The translations under genes were made by a program, and so were the position numbers. 64,000 bases of DNA from the human T2T-CHM13v2.0 reference genome, Homo sapiens: assembly GCF_009914755.1 (NCBI RefSeq), contig NC_060928.1. One strand, 5' to 3'. The notes beneath the pieces are model-generated. The model saw only the letters and a list, made by a program, of their open reading frames with translations. It was not told the origin of the DNA and ran no database searches. How positions within the stretch are numbered: position 1 is the first letter of the stretch; the number at the start of each line of letters is the position of its first letter. Below, one piece after another: positions 31,937 through 47,609 of the stretch.

Positions 31937-32487
31937 ACTGTCAAACAAATCGATATAAGAATATTCAAACCAATGGCATATAGTTTCTGAACATACTTAC
32001 TTGATGGCACACATTTCATTTTGGAACTACAAAGTCACTAGGTCAGTTCCTGAACTTCTGATTTCAATGTTACTTAAGACAATACTGGAATACATACACA
32101 TTCTTTTCTTAAGAACCTAAAGAGAAAGTTGCAGTAGTTTCTCCAGAAGTACATCTGAGACTCACAAATTAAGACCAATTCCCCTCTATCTGTAAGGATA
32201 TAGCACTACCAAATCAGCTATGCAAAGTATTTCCAAAAAGTCATTACAAGACTTTTTGATTTACTTATTTGTTCTTTAGTAAACATTAACAAATAAATGA
32301 ATAAATGAATGCAAGAATGCCCATTATATGTAAGTCACTACAGCCCACATATCTTGGATATGTAGTAAGAGAAAAAGCATGGTTTCTCACCTCATGAAAC
32401 TTGTAGTCTAGCAGGTAACAAAACATGATAAAAAGAATCATGAAAATAATTATCTAATTACAATTTCAGTAACAATATTGTTGATGA

Positions 32488-32826
<339 letters not shown>

Positions 32827-33063
32827 TGGAAATACTTTTTTAAGTGTAAAATCTGAAAAATAATTTCTCCTCAAAAACGTATCTCCTATCATGGGAGGCC
32901 ATTTATTCATTCCCTAGGTGGATGTAGAAAGCCGTTGTGACATATTGACTCCACTTTCCATCTTTCACATTCAATTGTGTGCCACTGCTTACTGATTTTA
33001 TTATCAGATGTATCTTACATTCATCCTCCTTTCTCCATTTCCATATCCAAACATAGTGCTACT

Positions 33064-33444
33064 TGATATGGTTTAGATTTGTGTTCTGACCCAAATCTCA
33101 TGTTGAATTGTAATCCCTAATGAAGGAGGAGGGACCTGGTGGGAAGTGATTGGATCATGGGGGCGGATTTCACCCTTGCTATTCTCACGATAGTGAGTTC
33201 TCATGAGATCCGGTTGTTTAAAAGTGTGTTGTACTTCCTCCTTCTCTCTCTTCCTCCTGCTCCAGCCATGTAAGACTGTGGATCCTTCCTCTTCACTTTC
33301 TGCTATGATTGTAAGTTTCCTGAGGCCTCCCCAACCATGCTTCCTGTACAGCCTGTGTAACTGTGAGTTGATTAAATCTCTTTTCTTTGTAAATTACCCA
33401 GTCTCAGGTATTTCTTTATAGCAAGATGAGAATGGACTAATACA
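33064..33444 (+). mobile_element. MSTA-type MaLR LTR
   Basis: TGATATGGTTT...GGACTAATACA with near-TSD ctact/ctagt. Confidence 0.88.
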
Positions 33445-33746
33445 CTAGTCCTTTGGTCACCTTGCTCAAATTGTTTTCATAGATTCCCAGAATCACAAAC
33501 AAAATAGGAGGATATTAAAGGTCGGAAAAGATCCTAGAGAATATTCTTCAGATGAGGAAACTGAGGCTCAGAAAGGCAAATGTCTCACCCAGGACTCCAC
33601 AATTCAGCCTAGCTACAGGCATGTCAAGTTTTTCTTTAGAGCAGCCATGGTAGACACTGTTGGTTATCTGCTCATAGCTATTCCCATCCCTTTCTTCTTT
33701 GTTAGAAAATCCCACCTCCCATGATAGCAGTCAAAAAAGACAAATA

Positions 33747-34140
33747 CCATTATGCATCACTTAATGATGGGGATATCCTCTGAGAAATGCACTATTAGGC
33801 AATTTTATCACTGTGCCCACATAATAGAGAGTACTTACACAAACCTAGATGGCATAGTCTACTACATACCTAGGTGGGCTATATGGCACAGCCTATGGCT
33901 TCTAGGCTACAAACCTATGCGGCATGTACTGTACTGAATAGTGTGGGCAATTGTAGCACATGGTAAGTATTTGTGTAACTAAACATATCTAAACATAGAA
34001 AAGGTATTGGGTTGACATCGTGGGGGCTATGACGTCACTGGGTCATAGGAATTTTTCAGCTTCATTATGAGATGATGGGATCACCATCCTGTATGCAGTC
34101 TATTGTTGACTGAAATCTTGTTATGCAGCATATGACTGTA
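33747..34140 (+). mobile_element. Tigger3/MER7-like DNA transposon nested in an MLT1 LTR
   Basis: catcacttaatgatggggatat..tctgagaaatgc ... gttatgcagcatatgactgta. Confidence 0.7.
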
Positions 34141-34821
34141 CTTGCTTTCCTAGGGATGCCATATGATCCATTTATGGCCACTGAGATGTAAAGGAAAGTC
34201 TGCTTGATGGTTTTTGAAAAAGATTTTTCTTCCTCATGAAAAGAAATATAAAAGAGCCACCTCTCCTACTTTCTGTCTTTGGATCTGAACCACACAGCCT
34301 CAGGACAAAAAAGCCAACATCTGAGGAAGGTAGATCAGAAGAATGGAAAGCATTTGGGATCTTTATCTATGAGTCCTGAGCTAACTCTTGGGACTGCCTA
34401 CCTGCAGACCTTCTATTACATGAGATTATTTATATCTTTATGTCATATATTCTGTTACTTGCAGCTGAGTGCACCCTGGATGTATGACTGCTTTATTTCT
34501 TCATTTTCTATCTACCCCATTGAGCTCCATAGAGCAAGGAATTGGCCTATTTTTTCATTGCCGTATCACCAGTTCTTAGAAAAGAGCCTGGTACATGGTC
34601 AATTCTTAATAAATGTCTGTTGAAGGAATAAATGAATGAAAGAATGAATGTCAATAACCTTAATTGGCCCTCTACTTCTGTAGAATAAAGTCCAAAGGCT
34701 TAGCTGGTATTTAAGGCCCTTCATGATCTGGCCCCAATCTATCTTTCCAGGCTAATCTTTTACCTTCACATACCCTACAACTCAGAAAAGCTGGGCTATT
34801 TCCTGTCCTTCCAAATATCCG

Positions 34822-35177
34822 GTCTTAGTCCATCTGTGCCACTATTACAAAATACCACAGACTGGGTCATTTATAAGAAACAGAAATGTATTTCTTACAG
34901 TTCTCCAGGCTGGCAAGTTCAAGATCAAGGCACTGGCAGGTTCAGCTATCTGGTGAGGGCTGCCTCCTCCGGATGGGAAGAATGTTGTGTCTTCACATAC
35001 CAGAAGGCAGAAGCGCAAGTCAGCCAAACCTGCGTGAAGGCTCTTTTATAAGGGCCTTAGTCCTATTCAGGATGGAGTAGCCCTCATGGCCTACTCACTT
35101 TTTAAGGGCCCCACCTCTCAATACTATCACATTGACAACACCTGAGTTTTGGAGGGGGCCCATTCATACCATAGCAC
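34822..35177 (-). mobile_element. MST/MLT1A MaLR LTR
   Basis: gtcttagtccat...aaataccacagactggg ... ccattcataccatagca. Confidence 0.75.
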
Positions 35178-35819
35178 AGCCCTCATGCTTTTTTGGCTCC
35201 CTGGACTGGCATGTGCTTCTCTTCCACCTCTCTACTTTTCTCTCATTCTTCAAGCTCCAGATCTTCTCTCATAGCACGTTCTCCAATACCTTTCAGGTAT
35301 AAATGCCTTTTCTATTCCGTGTTTCCTTCTCCTTTGTGCCTTTATCACTCTTACACATTTATGATAACTGTTTGGTGTACTAATCTCCATTAGATTAGAA
35401 GTTCCTTGAGGCTAAGAAATTCACCCTCCTAATTTCTATGCTTTCCCCTAGTAGGTGGCTAATACATTTTTGTGAGTGGAGGCATAAATACTATTAAATT
35501 GAGCCCATTAAAAATTTCCATTTTAAAAATAATTTAGACCCAGGAATTGGTGCAGACTGTCATGGAAGCAAAGATCAGGAGGCGAAGGAAGGGAGGGAAA
35601 GAGACTTGTTGGAAGTGTTAGGAGCAAGCACAAATGTCTTTTCTCTTGCCGATGATAGAAAAGTTCTTAATGGAAGATGATCCCAATCAATAGAGCCAGA
35701 CAGCTGATTTATATAATGGCATCAAGCTGAAATCGTGGTCTTTGCATAGTGTTGTGAAAGGGGAAGAGGCTACCAAGACTGGAATAGCCAGGGGACTCCA
35801 CAAGTAGATCTATGAGTAT

Positions 35820-36171
35820 CAGTCGGTGGTCGTAAATATGTTTCCCTACCAGCAAGCCACAGAGGAGCTCCAGAGAGCAGCCTGCTTGAGGCTGGTCGCG
35901 GAAGACTGACGGTGGGGCTAGTGAGGCTGCTGTATTTTGGCTGCCGCCGCCGCTGCTGCCACTGGGCAGATACCGCAGTGAGGGGTCTGACCGCGCTGAG
36001 TGCTCTCGGGAATCTGGGCTCTGGCTAGGAATGAGAAGTTAAGAGAGGGAGGGCTGAGAGGTGGGCAGGACTCACCAAGGAGCTGCAAACCCAAACGAGA
36101 AATCTAGGGAGCAAAAGGAGAGGAAAGAGTGAGCTTGAGCCAAGACATCAGGCCAAGTGGAACTGGAGGAA
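35820..36171 (+). promoter_or_regulatory. EXOC1L promoter/5' UTR (locally GC- and CpG-enriched, short GCC/GCT tract)
   Basis: CpG-containing segment with ctgccgccgccgctgctgcc just upstream of the ATG in AT-rich surroundings. Exact TSS cannot be determined. Confidence 0.6.
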
Positions 36172-36292
36172 ATGTCATCATTGGTAAAGGAGGACTTGGA
36201 GAAGAAACTGTTTAAGCCACTCTCGCAGAATCTGTACGAGTTTATTGAAATAGAGTTCTCCGTCCAGGACAGGTATTACCTCTGTGTGTCAG
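36172..36292 (+). CDS. EXOC1L: EXOC1L coding exon 1 ([40 protein letters not shown])
   Basis: ATG at 36172 (G at -3; in-frame TGA upstream at 36136). Donor CAG|GTAATC at 36293. 121 nt, phase 1, joins exon 2 in frame. Resembles the Sec3/EXOC1 N-terminus. Confidence 0.93.
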
Positions 36293-39200
36293 GTAATCTG
36301 TTCCTTCTGTTATCATTTCAAAAAGCAAGTCACCCAAAGATGCTTGGATGATAGAGGGAATTTTTTTTTTTTGTATTTATTTTCCTATATAGCACGTGTA
36401 CCTTCTTCTGATAAGAACTTAACTATGCCAGGTTTAAGAATTTGGGTTCTACAGAATTTTTTAGAGTGTTAAAAATGAAAGAAAAAAACATTGTATTAGA
36501 ATACTTTGGTTAATTGTGGAGAAATGAAACTGATGTGTCCTTCTCCTGATTTGATTATTTTGTCTCCAATCGTTTGTTTAATTCATTTGCATGGCATGCA
36601 ATTTTATTGTGCAAGAGCTCATTTTTAAAAATGCAACAGAGAGCTCTCTGTATACTTTTAAATACATTGGAGAATTGAGTTATACAGCACCATTTGCAAC
36701 TCGTCTGGAACACTGGCATTCTCCCTTTTCATCCTAGGAAAAAAACAAAGCCTTAGATTTTCTTCTGAGGGCTTTAGACTTCTTGTGGTTTATTTGAAGA
36801 CAGAAATTATATTTTAAAACTTCTTTCTCTTATAGGAAGTGTGCTCACAAAAACAATACCTTAATGGTGAAACTAGTTCATGAAAATGGAACTTTAAGGA
36901 TAAGAGGATGTCCTCCAAACTGTTTAACTAAAATAAAGATTTTTACCCTCATGTTTCCAAAATTCATAAAAATTGTCCAAAGCTAGGAACAGGCTTTTGC
37001 ACTTAATTATGATTTGCCTAACCTGTGATTTCTGTGCTGAATTTAGACAGGAGTGCTCATGCCATTATTGAACAGAATATACAGTATTCCCTTTTCTTGG
37101 TCCATGCCTTTTAATACTTTTCAGGCGTTTAGGAGAAAAGAGCTTAGAAACTTTGTGTTCATCGTGGACTTGCCTATCTAAGGAACACACCTATTTTCAG
37201 AAAACAACTTCTTATAATTCCCTTTCTGGTAATTGACTTAGAAGGCCTTTCAAAGTTGTCAGGAGGGAGTGCTGTAAGGGAAATAGAATGTCTTTAAAGA
37301 ACATGCCAAGAATTTTTAGAATTCTGTCATTTCTAATAAATATAGTAATATTTACCCAATAATAACATTAGAAATATTTATCTGACACTTTAGCATATTT
37401 TGCTATATGACTACAAAGTATAGAGGGTATTCTAGCGACATAAAAAAATTAATTGGCCCAGGAAAAAGAAATTAAGTATTTTAGAAAGTCAATTAAAAAC
37501 AATATAAGTAAGAAACTATATTGTATCCTAGCCATCAAATCACTGTGTCTTAAAATATTTTTACTGAATATATTAGAGAAGATGCTTATTCCAACATTAA
37601 AATGTAATAATTTTGTATTTGTTGTAATTTCCACTTTATAAAGCTGATTTCTCATTGGTAACATTAGTATACACATATTTTTAAAGAAAAACATGAAAAA
37701 TTAAATAATCACAATAATTTATATATCTAACTTACCAAATATATCTTAGTTTCTCCCTCCAAATTATGTAATTAACTAGACTTGTTCTATCTGACATGAA
37801 AAAAAAGTCTCCTAGATTTAAATGTTTGGAAATAATTCAATAATTCTGTCATGTAAGAAACAAGGAAAAAACAAGATCTCAGAGATGAGGAAGAGAAGAC
37901 AATATTGTGCTATTCTAGATACAAGTTAACTTTATAAGCCATGTCAGTTCACTAACTTTTCACTACTCTCTTCTACATCACATCATCAATTTGAGAGCAC
38001 TTTCTCCAAATGTAACACCTTTTTATGGCAATTAAAAATACATTTTGCTGGAACAGTAATTTAAAATAAGTCAGCGTGTTGCTTGAATAGTCTTGGCTTT
38101 GACCATGCTTGACTCAGACAATTTCCATTGGTAATGAATCAAAGAGATCACATCGTAATTGTTGAGATGTGAAACTCCATACTTTGAACGATGGCCACCT
38201 TCAGGGAGTAGAGTCACATTATGATTTCCTCTTTATTCCCTACAATCTAGCGCTTCTAAATTTGTGAGACTTGCGAGTCCAGTGTAGTCAAATTCCATCA
38301 TGTATTTTTAAAATTAACAAAAATATGTTTAAATATGGTTAAGCTTTCTCTTTATATGACCAGAGTCTCTCTTTTGCAGGGGTCTTGCAGCCAAAGGATT
38401 ATGACTTACTGTTAAATCTTGATATTTACCTGGTTGATGTCAAAATTAAATGTCAAAAACTCAATTTCCCTTTCTGGTTTGCTAGGATGTACATGGGGGA
38501 TTTCCTGGGACCGCAGCCCACTCCCACCTTAGGGTTTGCATGGTCATTTCTCCCTGGAACTAGCGTCCCCTACCTAGAACATTATCACTGGAAGTTAAAA
38601 GTAGCATCTTCTTATGAAGCAGGGAGGAGCTCTATTATGTGCTGGCACTAGAAAGGAATAAGTCACATGTGCAATTGTGAGAGTGCACATGAATTAAAGA
38701 AATGCTGAAGGACTTGACATAGCATATTAAAGCATTAGCCAAAACTGGATGGAAAGTAACAGGGCATAGTGGAACAGACCTTCACACACTTGGAATCAGG
38801 CAAACTTGGTGTGAAACCTGGTGCTGCTTTGCCACCCACCAGCTGTGAAATCTGGGGCGAGATAAGTAGGCTCTTTGGCCTCAGTGGTGACATCTCTGAA
38901 ACAGAAATAAAAACACTTATATCTGCCCACAGTGCTCCCCTGTTAAATTCTTACTAGGATAAAACCAAATGTGATACACTGTATTCTAAATAAATAGAAT
39001 TAAATTAAGGTTATAATTTTCAGATATACAGAAAAAATAATTTATCATTAAAAATATGCTGAAATATATGTGTATATATGTATATACTATAAATACATAT
39101 TTATAGTAAAAACAAAATAGTAAACATGTGTGTATATTTAATATAAAATTAAAAATTGATATATTGTATATTATGTTAATTTAAAATTATATGTATATTC

Positions 39201-39833
39201 AGATGTTGATTATTTTTCAGTATTCTCATATTTCTAGAAAAACATCTTCCATTCATAGCTATTAATCTGAAAATAAATGGCATTTGCTAGAATTATAAAA
39301 ATAATATGCATAAATTCTCTATACATATTGTTTTTTTAAGCCATACCAGAACTTCTCTGTGAATCAAAGAATCTAATAATCATTTACAATAAGAATGTTA
39401 ACAATAAGATTGTTAAATAAGAATGAGTTAATGAGAAAAGGAGGTTGCTAAAAACAATTTTAAAGACTTCATTTGGGACCACTGCTGCTACATTTGTGAA
39501 TTCCCAATATCTTAACAACAGAGAGCACAATCTAAAGAATTTCTTTCTTTAAGTTGTCATTTCAGGAGATGATAGTATTGTCTGGAAGAGGTTAGTTTAA
39601 TTTTTCAGCTGTGAATTGAGAACAAACTATCCTAATACATAGTGTTTTGAAGAATTAAACATGGACTAATGTTTTAAAAAATTTTCATATAATTAAAGAT
39701 GTTATTAGCAGCAGTAGAATAACAATTATGCAGGCCAAAATATATCCAAACAGCTATGCATATGTTCTGATTATAGAGCCAAACATAGTTTATGTGTATA
39801 TTCTTTTTCAAGTTGCAGTTTTACTCAAGGCTG

Positions 39834-39966
39834 TTTTTTGTTTGTTTGTTTGTTTGTTCGTTTGTTTGTTTGAGACGGAGTCTTGCTCTGTCACCCAGGC
39901 TGGAGTGCAGTGTCACGATTTCGGCTCACTGCAATCTCCGCCTCCTGGGCTCAAGGATTCTCCTGT
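39834..39966 (-). mobile_element. Alu right-arm fragment with (TTTG)n tail
   Basis: gagacggagtcttgctctgtcacccaggctggagtgcag. Confidence 0.85.
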
Positions 39967-40399
39967 CAAGGTTGTTTTGCTACGTAATAATTTAATATCT
40001 TCCCTTTTATGACCTATAATACTTCCTTTAATAAATATGAATAGATTTGGTTCTGCGACAACACAGAAATCTTGTGCTCAAAAAGAGAACACACTTGAAG
40101 AAATTCTAATTTGATGGTGTTTATTATTCTCTACGTTAAAAAATAATGAAAAGAAGAAATATAGGATTGATTTCCAAGAGATACATTTTATTAAAAAATA
40201 AAATACATATATCATAAAATTCCCAAAACTTACTAATTGTTACTGATTGTAACAATTAATTACAATCACAATTGTCAAATGGGGAACAGACCTTGAATAT
40301 TAAAGTAGATTTTATACTTTAAAATTCTTGCTCTTTGTCTTCTAAAGGTAGAAAAAAACACTTTATTATTTTTGTTCAAGACTCTATATTTTTTTCAAG

Positions 40400-40446
<47 letters not shown>
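40400..40446. repeat. Compound (TC)n(AC)n microsatellite
   Basis: Direct reading. Confidence 0.95.
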
Positions 40447-40452
<6 letters not shown>

Positions 40453-40499
40453 AAATGCATTTGTGGAATATCACTAAATGTCTCTATGGAGGAATTTAT

Positions 40500-40805
40500 T
40501 TAAATTTAATTTAATTTTATTTTTTGAGGCAAGGTCTCACTTTGACACCCAGGCTGGAGTGCAGTGGCCTGATCTTGGCTCACTGCAGCCTCAACCTCTG
40601 GGGCTCAGGTGATTCTCCCACCTCAGCCTCCTGAGTAGCTGGGACTACAGTCATGCGCCACTATGCCTGGCTAATTTATTAGTGTTTTTGTAGAGATGGG
40701 GTCTCGCTATATTGCCCAGGCTGGTCTCGAACTCCTGGCATCCAGCCATCCTGCCTCAGCCTCCCAAAGTGCTGGGATTACAAGCATGAGCCACCACACC
40801 CAGCC
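40500..40805 (-). mobile_element. AluJ
   Basis: Reverse dimeric Alu. Confidence 0.9.
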
Positions 40806-41943
40806 CTATGCAGGAATTTAAATAAAATATTCTGACTCTCCAAATCAGGGTAATTGTAGGTGAAGGTTACAATATGGAAATGATGAAGCTCCCATTTGAG
40901 TCCTCTTGTTACCTTGCGTTTATTGTGACTTAGCATTTAGTTCTAAAAGGGCCGGTAGCTTGGATTTTAGAGTAGGGATATTATCATTATCTCTAAAATG
41001 AACAACCCACATCACCATCATCAGTCAGTAACTTACGAGACAGATTTTCCCAGTGGCTAATCTATTACCTTGGAGATCTAAATGTGGAAATCAAGATGAT
41101 CTGCCAATTCTAAACTCCAAGCCATTTGCATCATTTGTAGAATGAATAGGAGCTTGATTTCAGAGCTTTGAAGGGGGGAAGTATTTAAAATTTTTCATTA
41201 TTAGCATGGCATTATTGATGATGCAATAAAAGGGATAGCTGTAAGGCATGCCTGCTGAGTGTCAGGCACAAGTCCATTTAGTACCATTTATATGCTTTAT
41301 TCCTTTTAATCTTCACAACCAGCTTATGTGATAGATAAAATTCCTGTTTTACAGACGAGGAAACCATAGGTCACAAGAAGTTAAGTACCTAGTCCAAGGC
41401 CCACAGGTCATAAATCTGATTCTAAAACCCAGGTTTTTTTCGACTTTACCATATTGCTTCTAACCAGTAAGAGTAGATGCTTTTCTTAACACATTTGCCC
41501 GGCACTATGGTAAGTCCTTCACATATTTTATCTTATTTGCCACATCTAGGCATGATAAAATTGAAGCATACAGTAGCTAAATAACTTGCCCAAGATAATC
41601 AGCTGATAAGTGACTAATGGAGGCTTTAAATCCAGGTCCACTTGTGCCAAATTACTATGCAATATTACTTTTAGTAGGGGTACTGAGAAATGCTAGATTG
41701 GAGCTCATAAAGCCAAACCTTGCATATGCCTCATTGGATGTCCCTTCTCTCTTGGTGCTTCTATTCCCACAAAATCACTTTCCTTCTCTTTCATTCTATC
41801 TCCCGTTCTGTAAAAACATCAGCAACTCATGTCCTTACTTGCTTATAACCAATCTTTTTCATTTTAAAGACACTCAGTGTAGCCCAAAATTTGATTTTAA
41901 AAAATATTTCTAAAGAAAAATATTATTTGAAAATTACTCTTTT

Positions 41944-42301
<358 letters not shown>

Positions 42302-44694
42302 TCAGTGACCCAAGACAGGACCATATATGTTGTAACATTTCACTGATGCTGCTTTTCTTCAATATCTCATAGTAATTTCTCTCCATTATTTAACTTAAAT
42401 GATGAAAACAATTGTAAAACAATAGGATGTAAAAGAAGAGTTGTTTCTTTAAAGCATTCTGTGCAACTTACTTGTGAGCTACTGTTTTTTTCTATTCTGC
42501 CAAATTATATTGGATCAATCGGGCAATGTTTCTTCCATTTAGCCTCATGAATAATAGTGACTATTTTACCATGGTAATAGAGGCATTTATTAATGACAAA
42601 GTTTATTTTAAAATTTAAAGTGAAAATAAATGATTGGCATGAAGTTAAAATTATAATTCTGAAAATGCTGACTAAAATTAAAACTGGAACAGATTAACTC
42701 TGAAATTCCCTGAGTCTACAGATATGCTCACTAAATCATAGTTTGATAATGGAAACTCTGATGTTACTGAAAACAACTCTCTAACATTTTGATTATATAA
42801 ACACATTTCTGTTTTAAGACAATGTGATAGGTTTCCACTTTGCCACTGCATTAATGTGGATACGGCCATTTAATTTTAGCTGGCAGCAAAGCTGAAGTGT
42901 GGAAATTAGGGATTGGGTTGACTCCAGGCTAAGTAGACTTCTTTGGCTTGTGGCTAAAGACAATTCTTGGAGACTCCTTAGCTATAAAGGAAGCTGTTTT
43001 GTCAAAAGGTTAACTTTTAAAGAATGCTCTTTTACTTTCTTAGTTTGGTGTTAATGGGACAGTGACCATTAATGTAAGAAAATGTGATGACTCGTAGGAC
43101 TCACCTTCTTCATGTCTCTTCTCTCCATTCCCCACCTCCAACCTATCCTTTATGGAAGATCACAAAATAAGTTTCTGAACCTTAAAAGCTCAGTCTGTCC
43201 ATTCACTTTAAATCCTTCAGTGACAACTTCTCTCTCTTATACAGAGAAATGCATGGCTTTCAGAATAACCTTTGATCTTCTCAGCCTGGTATTCTAGACC
43301 CCTCAGGAACTAGTCTTGCCTAACTTGTTCCCTGCCACCTGTCCACCCTCACACCTCATGCCAGCAATACCAGATGCTTTTAATGACTTAAAAGTGTCAA
43401 GTATTTCATGCCTTTGTGTGAATGCTTTTCTAGAACTACCTTTACCCATCTTCATTCTGCTAACTTCTACTGCCATTTACAACTCAGGTTACCTCTCTCA
43501 GGAAGCTCTCCCAGACCCCCACTTGGATGAAGACATCCTTCCTCCACGTTCCTCAATTACTTTGTCTATTTCTTATTTGCAGAACTGTAAGCACAGGTTT
43601 TCTTTCTGAAGACCCCACTCCCTACAATCTCAGTGACAGCAGGAATGATGCCTTATGAGATTTAATGTTTTCAATTCCTAACACAGTGCTTGGTACAAAA
43701 AGGGCACTCGAATATTTATCAATTTAATGAGATGAATGTGTGGCCTACAAATGACCATAACATGCTTTTCATAACATGTAGATGAGGCAGTGGAATTTGC
43801 TCCATGAAAATTACATTTTTCATACCTCCCCAACCCCATTCTCTCCCACCCCCTAAGCACCATGTGAGACATCTAGCTGGAGCAAGAACATAGTCCTTTG
43901 GTTCTGGGGTACAGCTTCTTTCTGGGCATACAACTGCCTCCTGGTGGAGGAAAATGTCTCCAAGATCTTGTCCTTAGTAAGCATGACAGATTCAAGTGTG
44001 CCTCCACTTCACCACCTCTGCCTAACAGCTTCACTTTTAATCCTTTCGTCTTCCCAAGACTAACATCTACACCAGTGGAGACGGAAACTTTTTAGTGCTA
44101 GAGAAGGATAGGTGGGCAGAAGCCCACCAACTTTGGTACACTGTCAGAGGGATCACAGACTCTAAACTAGCTCATTGACCCCAAGTTAAGATCTTCTGCT
44201 TGAGGTCCTCTCCAGAAGATGTGCCTTAGTCACTCTCTCTGCCTCCAAAACGTATAATCCCTCCTCTTCCAAACTCCTGGAATATGTGATCTCCATCATA
44301 GCCTTTAGTCTTCCTTCCTATTACCTTTGTAAATCCTACCTAACCTTGAGGCTGGCACACAATGTGCACTCAAATAGTGTTAGTGCATGAAGGAGTCCTC
44401 TGCAAGTTGTCTTCTGCCCTCAGCATTCTAGAGAAACTGCCCTCATGGAGGAAATTCACGATCTTCTTCCAAGTCAGATTCAGTGCTAGGGCTGAACTCT
44501 GCCTTACCTAATAAAGGGACTTAACGGGATTGTCTCCAAACCTTTAAACTTCACCATCCTCTTGATTCCCATAGCATTACACAGCTGGGCCTGTCTCTCA
44601 GACCCCTTCTCAGACGTCTTTCCTGGCATCTATTTTTCTTCTCACTTTCTCTCACCTCTTTCCTCTGCTCTTTTCTCTACAAATGTGGTTTGGG

Positions 44695-45086
<392 letters not shown>

Positions 45087-47478
45087 CTAAACTACAAAAC
45101 TTCCATCTCATTCTCTTTTGAGATAATTTGTGGCTACTTCAACTGTGTGTCAAAAACAAAACTCATTTTTCCACCCAACCAACTCACCCTCTCTACTTTC
45201 CTATTTGGGTTTGTATTCAGTGTTTGGTTTTCATCCAGTGTTGTTTCCATCCAGTGCTATTTTAAATCTTACTTGGATTTTCCACGTCTTTATCCATGAC
45301 CCACATCCCATGCCCAGGTTACTACAACAGCCTCTTAAAACAAACAAAACAAAACAAAACATTTTTAACAGTTACTGTAAACCAGGCACTATCCTAAGTT
45401 CTTTATATATTTTGTCTACTTTAGTCTTTACACCCTATGAATTTGGATCATTCTGATGTCTATTTTACAACATAAGAAAAGTGAGGTTTAATCTCTCTAG
45501 AGATTAAATCATTTACTTAGACCACACTGTTGAGAGGTGGTGTCATGATTTAACTCCAGAATGTCCAGTGCCAGAACTCATTAAGCTGCATTGCATTTTC
45601 CAGGGTCCTCCAGTTCCTCTTTCATTTCTTCTTCCATGTATCCTGTACATAACTGCTGCCAGAAAAATTCTTCTTTAATAGAGTACCATTTTATTAGTCT
45701 TTTGCTACCAAAGGAGGGAGACTCAACGAACAGGTGTTGCTATAAGAGCTTTTGCTGAACACCCGACACAGTGCCTTCTTCTGAGATTTGTCAGACTGCT
45801 TCCACTCCCTTCTCCCGAGGACTGAGCTCTGTCATCAACTCTCAGCTCAACTGGCTGTCTTGATTTTAGTATCACTGGCACCATCAGGCAATGGATGCTC
45901 CCTTTGCTAGACCCAATTCTAGAGCCCTTACTATAGTAGGTCAGCCTCACATCACTCCATCCAGAAAAGAGAATTCAGACACAGGTCCAAAGTGGTTTCT
46001 GTTGCATTTCAAATCCAGAGTCTTTCAAAACATTTTCACAACCTTCTGTACCTAGTGAATCCTACTGCCCACATGTCTTAACATCAACCAACCCATGCAG
46101 TCCACTTTCTTTGATTCTACCTGGTGACGTTAACTTCTATTGCTGATGCATCTCCACATGCTGCCCTTCACCTAGAAATGTCTGCAGTATGACCCCTGTC
46201 TTTTCAAAATTTAAGCCCCATCTCAAATTCTATTTCATTTGTAATTCCTGCCTTAACTACTCCGATCCTTTCCCTTCTCAGAACTCCTATTGAACATGTA
46301 GTCTGCTCCACATTACTTATCTTTCACTATGATTATACTGTGATATATTGTTTCATGTCTACAGCGCTAGGAGAGCATGTCAAAGTGATGCTTTCCAGAA
46401 CCAAGGGAGAGTCACTCTTAGAAGACAGAACCAGCTTGCAACTCTCTAAGTAACATTACTCATCTTGAAGGGAAATCTTAGGCATTCGATCCCCACCTGC
46501 CACCTCTTTATAATATGTTATTGTATGTGACATGTGTGTTAGCCTTGTCTCCCCAGTGAAACCATAAATTTTTAGAGGGCAGGGACCATGTCTTTTACTT
46601 GTATCCCCTGCGGCATCTATTACAGTTCTATCATGCAAGTAGCAAATACTCAGTAAATACTCCTTTATTATAATAACTCATTGATAATTTTCAACTTAAG
46701 AGCTCTATGCTCAAATATTGATTCTTCTGATGTGTGTATATAAGACCAAATGATTTTAAGACAAAAAAAGCATTTCCCTCATTTTGTTCCCACAAAATAA
46801 GCAAAAATTTTCCCATATCTTTCAAAGTATAGTACTAAAAGCTTTTGTGCAAATAGCACATTTTGAATACTAGAATTTGAGAGACACACTTGAGAGGATT
46901 ACAATCTCGAGCAATACCAAGCGGGTTAACAATAGCTGTGATGCAAGCATTTCTACATTGTAAGTCTCAGAGTGAATTTAAAGGCAAGTGTCCACAGTTA
47001 CTGCGGTATTTGCTTGGTCACTTACTCTTCAACACTGTGTTGCTGTAAAGCAGTACTGTTTACTTCCATGACCTCATTTGCTTATATTGTCATAAATTAA
47101 AATTCCAACGTGTTCTGATAAACACTTGGCACTGACTGTATGCTAAGGCTAAGCCTCTTATTTCCTGCCCCAAGATGAACCCTATTCTCTACCACAATGC
47201 TCAGAGCTCAAAGCACATAGCTCAATGTTCTATTTAACAGACATTACTGTGGCAGTATGTAAGCACAACTGTAGCAAAAATAAAGTTAATACGTTGAGCA
47301 AATTTGGGGGCATACTGTGAAGATTCAGATACATCAGGACTCACAATTGAGGCGCAGCTATAATGTGGGTTCAAGGTCATTTTATTAAAAGGGGATACAT
47401 AAATACCAAAAAGTATGACTTGAATAATTTATTAGCTTCTAAGAATTTATGTAAACTAAGTATTTTTCTGTCCTACAG

Positions 47479-47609
47479 TGACCAAAAAGGAAGAAGTAAA
47501 AATAGTCATGGTGAAACACTACAGAATAGGTTTAGATGAAAAATATGAAGTAACAAAAAAGTGGTCTTTGAACGATCTGCAGATGATTGATGGAAAAGAA
47601 GCAGATACT
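47479..47609 (+). CDS. EXOC1L: EXOC1L coding exon 2 ([18 protein letters not shown]...[16 protein letters not shown])
   Basis: Acceptor tttttctgtcctacag and donor ACT|GTAAGT. 131 nt, phase 1 to 0, open frame. Has the W-x-L-x-D-L-x-x-I-D-G motif of the Sec3 PH-like domain. Confidence 0.95.
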
